From: Burkholderiales bacterium
GTDB lineage: Bacteria; Pseudomonadota; Gammaproteobacteria; Burkholderiales; JAEUOS01
Reading direction: 5' to 3'
Assembly: GCA_043775255.1 (NCBI GenBank)
Contig: JAYVST010000367.1
Span: forward strand, 1-33,168
DNA length: 33,168 nt
The notes under the pieces: model-generated
Told to the model about the DNA's origin: nothing
Database searches by the model: none
Seen by the model: the letters and a program-made list of their open reading frames with translations, nothing else
Part shown: one piece after another, positions 1 through 8,949 of the stretch
Layout of the letters: each line of letters begins with the position of its first letter
How positions within the stretch are numbered: the stretch's first letter is position 1
Program-made: the position numbers and the translations under genes

Positions 1-471
1 GCGCTTGGTCGCCGCATACAGGCTGACCGGGTGATCGACGGGATCGCTGGTGGAGAACGGCAGCTTCGCGTTGGCGCCATAGACGCTTGAGCTGCTGGCG
101 TAGGTCAGGTGCGCGACCTTCTGGTGCCGGCAGCACTCCAGAATATTCATGAACGCCACAAGGTTGCTCGTGATGTAAGCATCCGGATTGGTGAGCGAAT
201 AGCGAACTCCGGCCTGCGCGGCCAGGTTTAGCACCCGGTCGAAACGATGGCGCGCAAACAGGTCGTTCAGGCGCGGCTTGTCGGCGAGGTCGAAGCGCTC
301 GAAAGTGAATTTCGGGTTGCGCTCGAGTTCGGCCAGCCTGGCCAGCTTGAGTCCCACGTCGTAGTAGTCGTTGATGTTGTCGACGCCTACCACCTCGTGT
401 CCCGCAGCCAGCAGTCGGGCCGAGGTGTGCATGCCGATGAAGCCTGCACTACCGGTGACTAGAATCTTCAT
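1..471 (-). CDS. NAD-dependent nucleotide-sugar epimerase, UDP-glucuronate 4-epimerase-like (first 157 codons; gene continues past the left edge)
   Basis: My own minus-strand translation from the ATG at 471..469 stays open to position 1: MKILVTGSAGFIGMHTSARLLAAGHEVVGVDNINDYYDVGLKLARL...LNLAAQAGVRYS...YASSSSVYG...SLYAATKR. It has the GxxGxxG Rossmann motif, the DNxNDYYD block and a YxxxK catalytic pair typical of this extended-SDR family. It is absent from the ORF track because no stop lies in the window. Confidence 0.8.
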   Translation of the reverse strand, partial: MKILVTGSAGFIGMHTSARLLAAGHEVVGVDNINDYYDVGLKLARLAELERNPKFTFERFDLADKPRLNDLFARHRFDRVLNLAAQAGVRYSLTNPDAYITSNLVAFMNILECCRHQKVAHLTYASSSSVYGANAKLPFSTSDPVDHPVSLYAATKR

Positions 472-690
472 TTTTTTCGCAGGCGGGTACCCCGGACAAA
501 TCCCCGGGCTGGAAGAGCGGCGTTAGCCACAAAAAATGTGAACCTGACCGGCCGGCAGTGGCCTACAGATCACACGCGAGCGCCCTGCCACATACGTTTC
601 TGCGTACGATACAAGGCGGATTGGCATCAAGTCTGGCAGCGCGATTGCACGTATGTTGTCGGCACTTTCGCTCTGTACTGAAGATGCGCA

Positions 691-699
691 TGCTAAAAT
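691..699 (+). promoter_or_regulatory. Candidate extended -10 element (TGcTAAAAT) for the rightward wlbA operon
   Basis: Lies in the AT-richer 377-bp divergent intergenic region 472-848, about 150 nt upstream of the wlbA start. I found no good -35. This is a sequence pattern only. Confidence 0.25.
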
Positions 700-848
700 C
701 AGTATAACAAATGACGTTTTTTTCAACCCTTTGCTGATGTGGAGACACGCAGCGAATTTTGAAGGCACGACATGGCTCCCTCCGGTTGTGCCGCCTCAGA
801 AACGATGAACTTTCGCTCCGTTTTCCCTTCGGCATTGGGCGGGCCAGC

Positions 849-1910
849 ATGAGAAGTTTTCCGGCCCCGATACAGGATCGGAAAATCCGGTTTGCCCTTG
901 TCGGTTGCGGGCGCATCGCCAAGAACCATTTCGCCGCCATCAAATCTCATGCCGACTGCGCCGAATTGGTAGGCGTTTGCGACGTCGCCGCTGACGCGCG
1001 CCAAGCCGCGCAAAGTGAAACCGGCGCGCCTGCCTTCGCCACCATCAAGGAACTGCTCCAGGGTACCGACGCCGATGTCGTCATACTCACCACCCCATCC
1101 GGCCTGCATCCGGAACAGGCGATCCTGATTGCGGAAAGCGGCCGTCATGTGATGACGGAAAAGCCGATGGCAACCCGCTGGCAGGAGGCCAAACGGATGG
1201 TCGCGGCGTGCGACGCCGCCAACGTCAGGCTGTTCGTAGTCAAACAGAATCGTCGCAATGCGACTTTGCAGTTGGTGAAGCAGGCGGTCGAAACGGGGCG
1301 TTTCGGCCGCATCTACATGGTAAACATCAACGTTTTCTGGAGTCGCCCGCAAAGCTACTATGAAAGTGCGGCTTGGCGCGGCACTTGGGAATTCGACGGC
1401 GGCGCCTTCATGAACCAGGCGAGCCACTATGTCGATCTGCTCGATTGGCTGATCGGACCGGTGGAAAGCGTGCAGGCCTACACCGCTACGCTGGCACGCG
1501 ACATCGAAGTCGAAGACACCGGTGTCGTCAGCGTGCGCTGGCGCTCCGGAGCTCTCGGGTCGATGAATGTCACCATGCTGACTTACCCCAAGAATCTCGA
1601 GGGCAGCATCACCATACTTGGAGAGAAAGGTACGGTTCGCGTAGGCGGGGTTGCCGTCAATGAAATCCAGCATTGGGAATTCGCCGACGCACACCCGGAC
1701 GATATCAAAGTCAAGGACGCCAACTACCAGACGACATCGGTGTACGGCTTCGGCCATCCGCTCTACTATGACAATGTCCTCAAGGTACTCTGCGGCGAAG
1801 CCGAGCCGGATACGGATGGCCGTGAGGGACTGAAATCGCTTGAAGTGCTGATTGCAACCTACCTTTCGGCGCGCGACGGCCGCCGCGTGCCGTTGCCGCT
1901 CGACTATTGA
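849..1910 (+). CDS. wlbA: Gfo/Idh/MocA oxidoreductase, WlbA/WbpB-type UDP-N-acetylglucosaminuronate 3-dehydrogenase
   Basis: Lies in ORF 759..1910, which opens with TTG. I prefer the internal ATG at 849 ([28 protein letters not shown]). Supporting blocks: the N-terminal Rossmann motif GCGRIA, then [37 protein letters not shown] and [13 protein letters not shown], as I recall for Bordetella-type WlbA. It sits immediately upstream of wlbB- and wlbC-like genes. Confidence 0.8.
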   Translation: MRSFPAPIQDRKIRFALVGCGRIAKNHFAAIKSHADCAELVGVCDVAADARQAAQSETGAPAFATIKELLQGTDADVVILTTPSGLHPEQAILIAESGRHVMTEKPMATRWQEAKRMVAACDAANVRLFVVKQNRRNATLQLVKQAVETGRFGRIYMVNINVFWSRPQSYYESAAWRGTWEFDGGAFMNQASHYVDLLDWLIGPVESVQAYTATLARDIEVEDTGVVSVRWRSGALGSMNVTMLTYPKNLEGSITILGEKGTVRVGGVAVNEIQHWEFADAHPDDIKVKDANYQTTSVYGFGHPLYYDNVLKVLCGEAEPDTDGREGLKSLEVLIATYLSARDGRRVPLPLDY

Positions 1911-2497
1911 TGGCCGCAACAATCCATTCGACCGCAATCGTCGACCCCGGCGCGGCTATCGGCGACGGCAGCCGCGTCTGGCACTGGGTGCACGTATGCG
2001 GCAAGGCGGTGATCGGCGAGCACTGCTCACTTGGGCAAAACGTGTTCGTCGGCAACGACGTGACTATTGGAAACAACGTCAAGATCCAGAACAACGTTTC
2101 AGTCTACGATGCTGTGACCCTTGAGGACGATGTGTTCTGCGGACCCAGCATGGTATTCACCAACGTCTACAACCCCCGTTCGGCGGTAACACGCAAGGAC
2201 GAGTATCGGCGCACGCTGGTGCGCTGCGGCGCGACCCTGGGGGCGAACTGCACCATCGTCTGCGGCGTGACAGTCGGGCAGTACGCCTTTGTCGCGGCGG
2301 GCGCCGTGATCAACCGCGATGTTGCCGACTACGCGCTGATGGCCGGAGTGCCGGCGCGCCAGAAGGGCTGGATGAGCCGCTTTGGAGAACAGCTCGAACT
2401 GCCCCTGAACGGCAACGCCGAAGCGACCTGCCCGCACACGGGGGCTATCTATTGCCTGCGCGAAGGGGTTTGCCTGTATTCCGCAGCATCTTCCTGA
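1910..2497 (+). CDS. wlbB: Left-handed beta-helix N-acetyltransferase, WlbB/WbpD-type (UDP-2-acetamido-3-amino-2,3-dideoxy-glucuronate N-acetyltransferase)
   Basis: The ATG at 1910 overlaps the wlbA stop (TGATG). Hexapeptide-repeat sequence: [27 protein letters not shown]...[39 protein letters not shown]...[17 protein letters not shown]. Its position between the dehydrogenase and the aminotransferase matches the wlb/wbp pathway order. Confidence 0.8.
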   Translation: MAATIHSTAIVDPGAAIGDGSRVWHWVHVCGKAVIGEHCSLGQNVFVGNDVTIGNNVKIQNNVSVYDAVTLEDDVFCGPSMVFTNVYNPRSAVTRKDEYRRTLVRCGATLGANCTIVCGVTVGQYAFVAAGAVINRDVADYALMAGVPARQKGWMSRFGEQLELPLNGNAEATCPHTGAIYCLREGVCLYSAASS

Positions 2498-2509
2498 CCA
2501 GGACTGAAG

Positions 2510-3637
2510 ATGAAATCCATCGACTTTATTGACCTCAAAACCCAGTACGCGGCGCTGCGTGAGCAAATCAACATGCGCATCCAGACCGTGCTGGACCATG
2601 GGCAGTTCATCATGGGGCCGGAAGTGGCGGAATTGGAGCAAAAGCTTGCGCGATTCACCGGCTCGCGGCATTGCATCACCGTAGCATCCGGCACCGAAGC
2701 CTTGCTGATCGCCCTGATGGCACTCGACGTCAAGCCGGGTGATGAGATCATCACCACGCCGTTCTCCTTCATTGCAACCGCCGAGGTCATCGTGCTGTTG
2801 GGCGCGAAGCCGGTTTTCGTCGACATTGAGGCGGATACCTGCAATATCGACGTCGCGCTGATCGAATCGAAGATCACACCGCGTACGCGCGCGATCATGC
2901 CGGTCTCCCTTTACGGGCAGCCGGCCGACATGGATGAGATCAACGCCGTTGCCGCGCGCCACGGATTGCCAGTGATCGAGGACGCCGCCCAGAGTTTTGG
3001 GGCGACCTACAAGGGACGCAAGAGCTGCAACCTGTCGACCATCGGTTGCACCAGTTTTTTCCCGAGCAAGCCGCTGGGTTGCTATGGCGACGGCGGAGCG
3101 ATCTTCACGGACGACGAAGTCCTGGCAAAGGCGATGCGCGAGATCCGCGTGCACGGCCAGTCGAAACGCTACGTGCACACCCGCGTCGGCGTCGGCGGGC
3201 GCATGGATACGATCCAGTGTGCCGTTGTGCTGGCCAAACTAAAAAGGTTCGGATGGGAGCTTGAGGCGCGGGCGCAGGTGGCCTCACGCTATATGGCCCT
3301 GTTCGCAGACATGCCGCACGGGGCGCGCACTGTAACTGTAAAGCCCGACAGGACCAGTGTCTTCGCCCAGTACACGCTGGCGGTTCCGGACCGCGAGCAT
3401 TTGCAACAACACCTCAAGGACGCCGGGATTCCGACTGCCGTGCACTACCCGATTCCGATGCATCTGCAGCCGGCTTACGAGCACCTATGCTGCGCGGAAT
3501 GCTGCCCGGTGTCGGTCGACATGGCAAGGCAAGTGGTCAGCCTGCCAATGCATCCGGATTTGACGGTCGACACGCAGAAGACCATTGCCGACAATGTGCG
3601 GTTGGCCATTGGGGCCGAAACCCGCCTGCCGGCTTGA
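2510..3637 (+). CDS. wlbC: DegT/DnrJ/EryC1/StrS-family PLP aminotransferase, WlbC/WbpE-type (3-oxo-UDP-GlcNAcA aminotransferase)
   Basis: 375-aa ORF starting at ATG 2510, with AGGA about 8 nt upstream. Sugar-aminotransferase blocks: FIMGPEVAELEQKLA, ASGTEALLIAL, GDEIITTPFSFIATAE, IEDAAQSFGA, SFFPSKPLGCYGDGGAIFTDD (putative PLP lysine in SKPLG), HYPIPMHLQPAY. Confidence 0.8.
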   Translation: MKSIDFIDLKTQYAALREQINMRIQTVLDHGQFIMGPEVAELEQKLARFTGSRHCITVASGTEALLIALMALDVKPGDEIITTPFSFIATAEVIVLLGAKPVFVDIEADTCNIDVALIESKITPRTRAIMPVSLYGQPADMDEINAVAARHGLPVIEDAAQSFGATYKGRKSCNLSTIGCTSFFPSKPLGCYGDGGAIFTDDEVLAKAMREIRVHGQSKRYVHTRVGVGGRMDTIQCAVVLAKLKRFGWELEARAQVASRYMALFADMPHGARTVTVKPDRTSVFAQYTLAVPDREHLQQHLKDAGIPTAVHYPIPMHLQPAYEHLCCAECCPVSVDMARQVVSLPMHPDLTVDTQKTIADNVRLAIGAETRLPA

Positions 3638-3652
3638 CGGCCGGGAATCAAC

Positions 3653-4657
3653 ATGGACATATGCGGCAAGAAATTTCTGGTCATAGGCGGCGCGGGCCTG
3701 ATTGGCTCGCATGCGGTGGACATGCTGCTGCGGCATGACATCGGCGAAATCCTCATATATGACAATTTCGTTCGCGGCACGCATGAGAACCTCGCCGGCG
3801 CGTTGCGGGATCCCAGAGTCAAGGTCTACGATGTTGGCGGCGATATCTGCCAGTCCGACGTTCTTTTCGCGGCAATGAAGGGGATCGACGGCGTCTTTCA
3901 TCTTGCCGCCTTGTGGCTGCTGCAGTGCCATGAGTTTCCGCGCGCCGCCTTCGACGTCAACGTGCGCGGCACGTTCAACGTGCTCGAGGCTTGCGTGGTG
4001 GCTGGCGTAAAGCGGCTGGTGTACTCGTCCTCCGCTTCCGTCTACGGTGACGCCGTGGAAGAACCGATGACCGAGGACCATCCGTTTCTGAACAAGAACT
4101 TCTACGGTGCCACGAAAATCGCCGGCGAGGCCATGGCACGTGCGTTCCATCATCGCTACGGCCTGGGTGTCGTCGGACTGCGTTACATGAACGTCTACGG
4201 AGCCCGGCAGGACTACCGTGGCGCGTACATCGCTGTGATCATGAAAATGCTCGACGCGATCGACCAGGGCCACGGACCGACCATCCTGGGCGATGGCAGC
4301 GAGGCCTTCGACTTCGTCGCCGCCCAAGACTGCGGACTGGCCAACGTTTGCGCCATGAAGGCCGATACGGTCGATCGCTTCTACAACGTCGGAACCGGGC
4401 TGCGCACGTCCCTGAAGCAACTGGCGGAAATGCTGATCGAATTGACCGATTGCAGGAAGCCGATCCAATTCGCGCCGCGCAGCCAGGCCACCCTGGTGCG
4501 CAACCGCATTGGCTCCGCCAAGCGTGCCACCGAGGATATTGGCTTCACCGCTGGCGTCTCGCTCGAGCAGGGACTGCGCGACCTGATCGCATGGCGGAAG
4601 CAGCACATCGAGGCCGTCGCGCAAAAGCGCAAGCTTGCAGCCAATCCGAATGCCTGA
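3653..4657 (+). CDS. Extended-SDR NAD-dependent nucleotide-sugar epimerase/dehydratase/dehydrogenase
   Basis: 334-aa ORF with ATG at 3653. Motifs: VIGGAGLIGSH (GxxGxxG), SSSASVYGD, YGATKIAGE (YxxxK), RYMNVYG. Substrate and reaction cannot be read from the sequence. Confidence 0.7.
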   Translation: MDICGKKFLVIGGAGLIGSHAVDMLLRHDIGEILIYDNFVRGTHENLAGALRDPRVKVYDVGGDICQSDVLFAAMKGIDGVFHLAALWLLQCHEFPRAAFDVNVRGTFNVLEACVVAGVKRLVYSSSASVYGDAVEEPMTEDHPFLNKNFYGATKIAGEAMARAFHHRYGLGVVGLRYMNVYGARQDYRGAYIAVIMKMLDAIDQGHGPTILGDGSEAFDFVAAQDCGLANVCAMKADTVDRFYNVGTGLRTSLKQLAEMLIELTDCRKPIQFAPRSQATLVRNRIGSAKRATEDIGFTAGVSLEQGLRDLIAWRKQHIEAVAQKRKLAANPNA

Positions 4658-5798
4658 ACAGCGTCGCAGCATACAGATATCCCTGCCTGCAACTGGCGAA
4701 GAGGAATGGCAGGCAGTCCGAGAACCCCTGATCTCGGGTTGGCTTACGCAGGGCCCCAAGGTCGCTCAATTCGAACAGGCCTTTGCAAAACGCCATCAAG
4801 CCGCACACGCGCTGGCCACTACGAGTTGCACAACCGCCTTGCATCTGATCCTTTCTGCAATGGGGATCGGCCCTGGCGACGAAGTCATCGTTCCGGCGTT
4901 TACCTGGGTTGCCACTGCAAACGTCGTCCTCTATTGTGGGGCAACACCGGTATTCGTCGACGTTGATCGAGCGACCTTCAATCTTGACCCGGCGCTCGTC
5001 GGTGGAAAAGTCACGGCGCGCACCAAGGCCATCATCGCGGTCCATCTGTTCGGCCTGTGCGCCGACATCGATGCGATTCGCGAGGCCGCGCCCGAAATTC
5101 CGATCATCGAGGACGCCGCTTGCGCTGCCGGCAGCGCCTACAAGGGCAGGCACGCCGGCACCCTAGGGGTCGCAAGCGCTTTTTCGTTTCACCCGCGAAA
5201 ATCGATTACGACGGGCGAAGGCGGGATGGTGACAACCAACGACCCGGTGCTTGCGGATCGCTGCAACTCGTTGCGCAACCACGGCGCCAGCGTTTCGGAA
5301 GAGACCAGGCACGCAGGACCAAAGCCGTACGTCCTCGCCGAATTCAACCTGCTCGGATTCAATTACCGCATGACCGATCTGCAAGGCGCGGTCGGCCAGG
5401 TGCAACTTCGCAAACTGGACCAATACATCGACGAACGGCAGCGGTGGGCCGAGTTCTACCAGCGCGAGCTTGCCGACATCAAATGGCTGCGGACCCCGGA
5501 TTCACCGGCCGGCTCACGCCACGGCTGGCAGTCCTTCGTCTGCTTTGTCGACGAATCGAAAGCCGGATTGACCCGCAACTCGATCATGGAAGATCTGCAG
5601 GTGCGAGGAATCAGCACGCGCCCCGGCACCCATGCCGTTCACATGCTGGGCTACTACCGCGAGCGCTATGGATTTCAGCCCGGAGACTACCCCGCCGCCC
5701 GGGATTGCGATGCGCTGAGCATGGCAATTCCATTGCACAACCGGATGACGGAAGACGACTATCGTTACGTCGTCGATACGCTACGCCGGGTTGCGTAA
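4650..5798 (+). CDS. DegT/DnrJ/EryC1/StrS-family PLP-dependent sugar aminotransferase (second copy)
   Basis: ORF 4635..5798 opens with TTG. The ATG at 4650 overlaps the upstream stop by 8 nt. Motifs: GWLTQGPKVAQFEQAFA, GDEVIVPAFTWVATAN, IEDAACAAGSAY, SFHPRKSITTGEGGMVTTND (lysine in HPRK), NYRMTDLQGAVG. Confidence 0.75.
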   Translation: MPEQRRSIQISLPATGEEEWQAVREPLISGWLTQGPKVAQFEQAFAKRHQAAHALATTSCTTALHLILSAMGIGPGDEVIVPAFTWVATANVVLYCGATPVFVDVDRATFNLDPALVGGKVTARTKAIIAVHLFGLCADIDAIREAAPEIPIIEDAACAAGSAYKGRHAGTLGVASAFSFHPRKSITTGEGGMVTTNDPVLADRCNSLRNHGASVSEETRHAGPKPYVLAEFNLLGFNYRMTDLQGAVGQVQLRKLDQYIDERQRWAEFYQRELADIKWLRTPDSPAGSRHGWQSFVCFVDESKAGLTRNSIMEDLQVRGISTRPGTHAVHMLGYYRERYGFQPGDYPAARDCDALSMAIPLHNRMTEDDYRYVVDTLRRVA

Positions 5799-5804
5799 GC
5801 AACC

Positions 5805-7685
5805 ATGTGCGGCATTGCCGGGGTTCTCAATTTTGACGGCGAGCCTGTAGCGCCGCTCCTGTTGCAGCGCATGGCCACTGCGATTGCGCACCGTGGGCCT
5901 GACGGCGAAGGCTTCTTTACCGATGGCAATCTGGGGCTGGCACATCGCCGTCTCGCGATCATCGACCTTTCGCCGGCCGGGCATCAACCAATGCTTAGTC
6001 GCGACGGCAGATTCGCACTCACCTACAACGGCGAGATCTACAACTTCCAGGACCTGCGCCTCGAACTCGAAACGCTCGGTCACCAGTTTCGTTCTCGCTC
6101 CGACAGCGAAGTTCTGCTCAACGCCCTTGCTCAATGGGGTGAAGCAGCATTGCCTCGGTTAAACGGCATGTTCGCGTTCGCCTTGTGGGACAAGCGCGAA
6201 CGCACGTTGCTCCTAGCACGCGATCGCTATGGAATAAAGCCGCTTTACTGGACGCGACAGGGGGATTGCTTCCTGTTCGGATCGGAAGTCAAGGCCATTC
6301 TCGCGCACCCGGCGTACCGCACCCGGCTGGACAAAGAGGCCCTGCTCGAGTATTTCACGTTCCAGAATTTCTTCACCGATCGCACGCTCTTTGCCGACGT
6401 CCGGCTGCTGCCGGCCGGTTCGGTCATGCTGTTGGATGCCGGCAAGCGACGCGCGCACCCTTCGCGGCGATACTGGGACTTTCGTTTTACCCAGCCCAGA
6501 GAACCCGCGCGCGAAGAGGAATACGCCGAAGAACTTGATCGCTTGTTCCGCCAGGCCGTCGGTAGGCAGTTGGTAAGCGACGTGGACATCGGCACCTACC
6601 TGTCGGGTGGCATGGACTCAGGCTCTATAACCGCAATCGCGGCGCAGCAGATTCCCTACATCAAGAGCTTCACTGCGGGATTCGACCTCAGTTCCGCCTC
6701 GGGTGTGGAACTCGGTTTCGACGAGCGTGAAAAGGCCGAGCGGATGTCCTACCTGTTCAAGACCGAGCACTACGAAATGGTGCTCAAGGCTGGCGACATG
6801 GAACGTATCCTGCCGCGCCTGACACACCACATGGAAGAGCCGCGCGTCGGACAGAGTTACCCCAACTTCTACACTGCGCAACTCGCCAGCAAGTTCGTCA
6901 AGGTGGTGCTCGCCGGTAGCGGCGGGGATGAGATGTTCGGCGGCTATCCCTGGCGCTACTATCGGGCGGTCGTAAACGACGACTTCGAGCACTATGTCGA
7001 CAAGTACTACGGATTCTGGCACCGATTGATTCCGAATTCGGAAATCCACGAAGTCTTCGGCCCGATAATGCCGGAGGTCAAACACGTCTGGACCCGCGAC
7101 ATCTTCCGCGACGTGTTTGCTACCCACGCTGACGAACTCACCAGCCCTGAGGACTACGTCAACCACTCGATGTATTTCGAGGCCAAGACTTTCCTGCACG
7201 GATTGCTGGTGATGGAAGACAAGCTGAGCATGGCGCATGGCTTGGAGACGCGCGTGCCATTTCTCGACAACGACCTGGTGGACTTCGCCACAACTCTGCC
7301 AGCGCACCTCAAGCTGGGAAACCTCACGCACGTCGTCCGCTTGAACGAAAACGAACCGGGTCCAAAGACCACGCGCTTCTACCAGCAGACGCGCGACGGC
7401 AAGCTCCTGCTGCGCAAGGTGATGGAACGATACATTCCCGCGGAGGTCGCACAGCGCGAAAAGCAGGGGTTTTCCGCCCCTGATGCCAGCTGGTTCAAGG
7501 GCGAAAGCATCGAATACGTCAGGCGCCTCATCCTGAAACCGTCTGCCCGCATCTATGCGTATCTCGACTTTCGCGCGGTGGAGCGGCTGGTCATGGAGCA
7601 TCTAAGCGGCGCCGTCAACCGGCGGCTCCTGATATGGTCGCTGATCTCGTTCGAGTGCTGGCTGACGGAATACTTGCCGGCCTGA
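5805..7685 (+). CDS. Asparagine synthase-like glutamine amidotransferase (AsnB family), copy 1
   Basis: 626 aa beginning MCGIAG (Ntn nucleophile Cys2). Motifs: HRGPDG, HRRLAIIDLS..GHQPM, YNGEIYN, SDSEV, PP-loop LSGGMDSGS, MSMAHGLETRVPFLD. Confidence 0.85.
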   Translation: MCGIAGVLNFDGEPVAPLLLQRMATAIAHRGPDGEGFFTDGNLGLAHRRLAIIDLSPAGHQPMLSRDGRFALTYNGEIYNFQDLRLELETLGHQFRSRSDSEVLLNALAQWGEAALPRLNGMFAFALWDKRERTLLLARDRYGIKPLYWTRQGDCFLFGSEVKAILAHPAYRTRLDKEALLEYFTFQNFFTDRTLFADVRLLPAGSVMLLDAGKRRAHPSRRYWDFRFTQPREPAREEEYAEELDRLFRQAVGRQLVSDVDIGTYLSGGMDSGSITAIAAQQIPYIKSFTAGFDLSSASGVELGFDEREKAERMSYLFKTEHYEMVLKAGDMERILPRLTHHMEEPRVGQSYPNFYTAQLASKFVKVVLAGSGGDEMFGGYPWRYYRAVVNDDFEHYVDKYYGFWHRLIPNSEIHEVFGPIMPEVKHVWTRDIFRDVFATHADELTSPEDYVNHSMYFEAKTFLHGLLVMEDKLSMAHGLETRVPFLDNDLVDFATTLPAHLKLGNLTHVVRLNENEPGPKTTRFYQQTRDGKLLLRKVMERYIPAEVAQREKQGFSAPDASWFKGESIEYVRRLILKPSARIYAYLDFRAVERLVMEHLSGAVNRRLLIWSLISFECWLTEYLPA

Positions 7686-7697
7686 CACGGTACGCAC

Positions 7698-8786
7698 ATG
7701 ACGATCCGCGTCGACCTCCTGACGGCCAGCGACGCCGACGCCTATACTTCATTGGTTCTCGCGGAATCGGGCAACCTGCTATACGCCTCGATTCAATACC
7801 GCGACATGCTCTGCCGGATCCTGCCCTCAAGCGAGCCGCGCTATCTCGTTGCGCGAGCCGCCTCCAAACTCGTGGGAGCGCTCCCGGCGTTCGCCAGGTT
7901 GAACGCACGTCATGGCAACGTGGTCAATTCCCTGCCGTTCTACGGCAGTCACGGCGGGGTCTTGCTATCGCCGACATTCGCCGAACCCGACGCGGTGGCG
8001 GTAGCGCTGATTCGCGAATTCCGCGCTATGTGCTCAAGCTTGGGCGCGGTGGCCTCGACCGTGGTGGAAAACCCGCTGCTGCCGCGCCGCGAATATCGCG
8101 CATCCTCCACGGCCATGACGTTTGTCGACGAACGCATAGGCCAGATGAGCCGGCTCCCCGAAGACACCGGTGATGATGCCACCACGCAAGCCGCCCTGTT
8201 CGAAAGGTTCCACTACAAGACCCGCAACAGCATCCGCAAGGCGCAGAAAAGCGGCCTGCGCACCGGGCACGACCCGAGCCCGCATGCGCTGGTGGCCCTG
8301 GCTGCCATGCATCGAGAGAATATAGAGGCGGTCGGCGGCCTGGCCAAGTCCACCGAAATCTTCGATGCCATCCGCGAATCGTTCGCCTACGATCGCGACT
8401 ACCGGGTCTACGTTGCGGAGAAGGACGGCAAGCTCGTATGCGCGCTTCTCGTGTTCTTCTTCAATCGGACCGCGGAGTACTACACGCCAGCGACAGATCC
8501 CGCTTATCGGGAGATGCAACCCATGAGCCTGCTCATTTTCGAGGCGATGCAGGAGGCCGTGCGGAGGAGTTGCCTTTACTGGAACTGGGGCGGCACGTGG
8601 CTTACCCAATCCGGCGTTTACCGCTTCAAGAGTCGGTGGGGGACACAGGACCTGACGTACCGGTATCAAATCGAAATTCACGATCCGGCTATCCTCGCCC
8701 TGACGCCGGCGCAGTTGCTTGAAGAATATCGCTATTTCTACGTTGCCCCGTTCAGCGCTGTGGGAAGGACCGACACGCCGGCGTAA
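7698..8786 (+). CDS. FemAB-like / GNAT-fold acyltransferase (Acetyltransf_6-type)
   Basis: 362 aa, 12 nt downstream of AsnB copy 1. Pattern LVGALPAF....GNVVNSLPFYGSHGGVL, then FHYKTRNSIRKAQKSGL, and the C-terminal AEYYTPATD...YWNWGGTW...GVYRFKSRWGT. This fits my recollection of FemAB-related proteins found in EPS loci. The call is profile-level only. Confidence 0.6.
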   Translation: MTIRVDLLTASDADAYTSLVLAESGNLLYASIQYRDMLCRILPSSEPRYLVARAASKLVGALPAFARLNARHGNVVNSLPFYGSHGGVLLSPTFAEPDAVAVALIREFRAMCSSLGAVASTVVENPLLPRREYRASSTAMTFVDERIGQMSRLPEDTGDDATTQAALFERFHYKTRNSIRKAQKSGLRTGHDPSPHALVALAAMHRENIEAVGGLAKSTEIFDAIRESFAYDRDYRVYVAEKDGKLVCALLVFFFNRTAEYYTPATDPAYREMQPMSLLIFEAMQEAVRRSCLYWNWGGTWLTQSGVYRFKSRWGTQDLTYRYQIEIHDPAILALTPAQLLEEYRYFYVAPFSAVGRTDTPA

Positions 8787-8892
8787 GAGGCCCCTCAAGC
8801 TGCGGGCCCCGCCCGGACCGCTCTCGCGCACCGCACCGCACCGCAATACCGGGGGCGAGACGCTGTACTTTCAATATTTTCAAGATGTTGCG

Positions 8893-8901
8893 TGATAAAA
8901 T
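8893..8901 (+). promoter_or_regulatory. Candidate extended -10 element (TGaTAAAAT) upstream of the radical SAM gene
   Basis: Lies in the 163-bp spacer 8787-8949, in a locally AT-rich stretch (ctttcaatattttcaagatgttgcgtgataaaatgc), about 50 nt upstream of ATG 8950. This is a sequence pattern only. Confidence 0.25.
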
Positions 8902-8949
8902 GCTCAATTGGCGTGGCGTAGCACCTGCGCATTCGTTGGAAGTTTTCAG

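Noticed and set aside
517-528. ops/JUMPstart-like sequences: GGCGTTAGCCAC at 517-528 and GGCGGTCGCCAA at 13204-13215.
   Set aside because: Each has one mismatch to the 8-nt ops core GGCGGTAG and lacks the downstream TG. Single-mismatch 8-mers are expected by chance in GC-rich DNA. RfaH dependence cannot be claimed.
723-4759. Long minus-strand ORFs: 723..1937 (404 aa), 2099..3178 (359 aa) and 3485..4759 (424 aa).
   Set aside because: They lie antisense to plus-strand genes that carry clear family motifs (wlbA, wlbB/C, SDR). Their translations are Arg/Ala/Gly/His-rich with no recognisable domains. Such stop-free antisense frames are typical of high-GC DNA.
5057-5836. Alternative-frame ORF 5057..5836 (259 aa) inside the second aminotransferase gene.
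   Set aside because: The translation is Arg/Pro-rich, whereas the overlapping frame carries clear DegT-family motifs. It is a spurious same-strand overlap.
8828-8845. Pentanucleotide microrepeat (GCACC)x3 plus GCA in the spacer upstream of the radical SAM gene.
   Set aside because: Only 3.6 units in non-coding DNA. It is too short to argue for phase variation or a regulatory role without population data.
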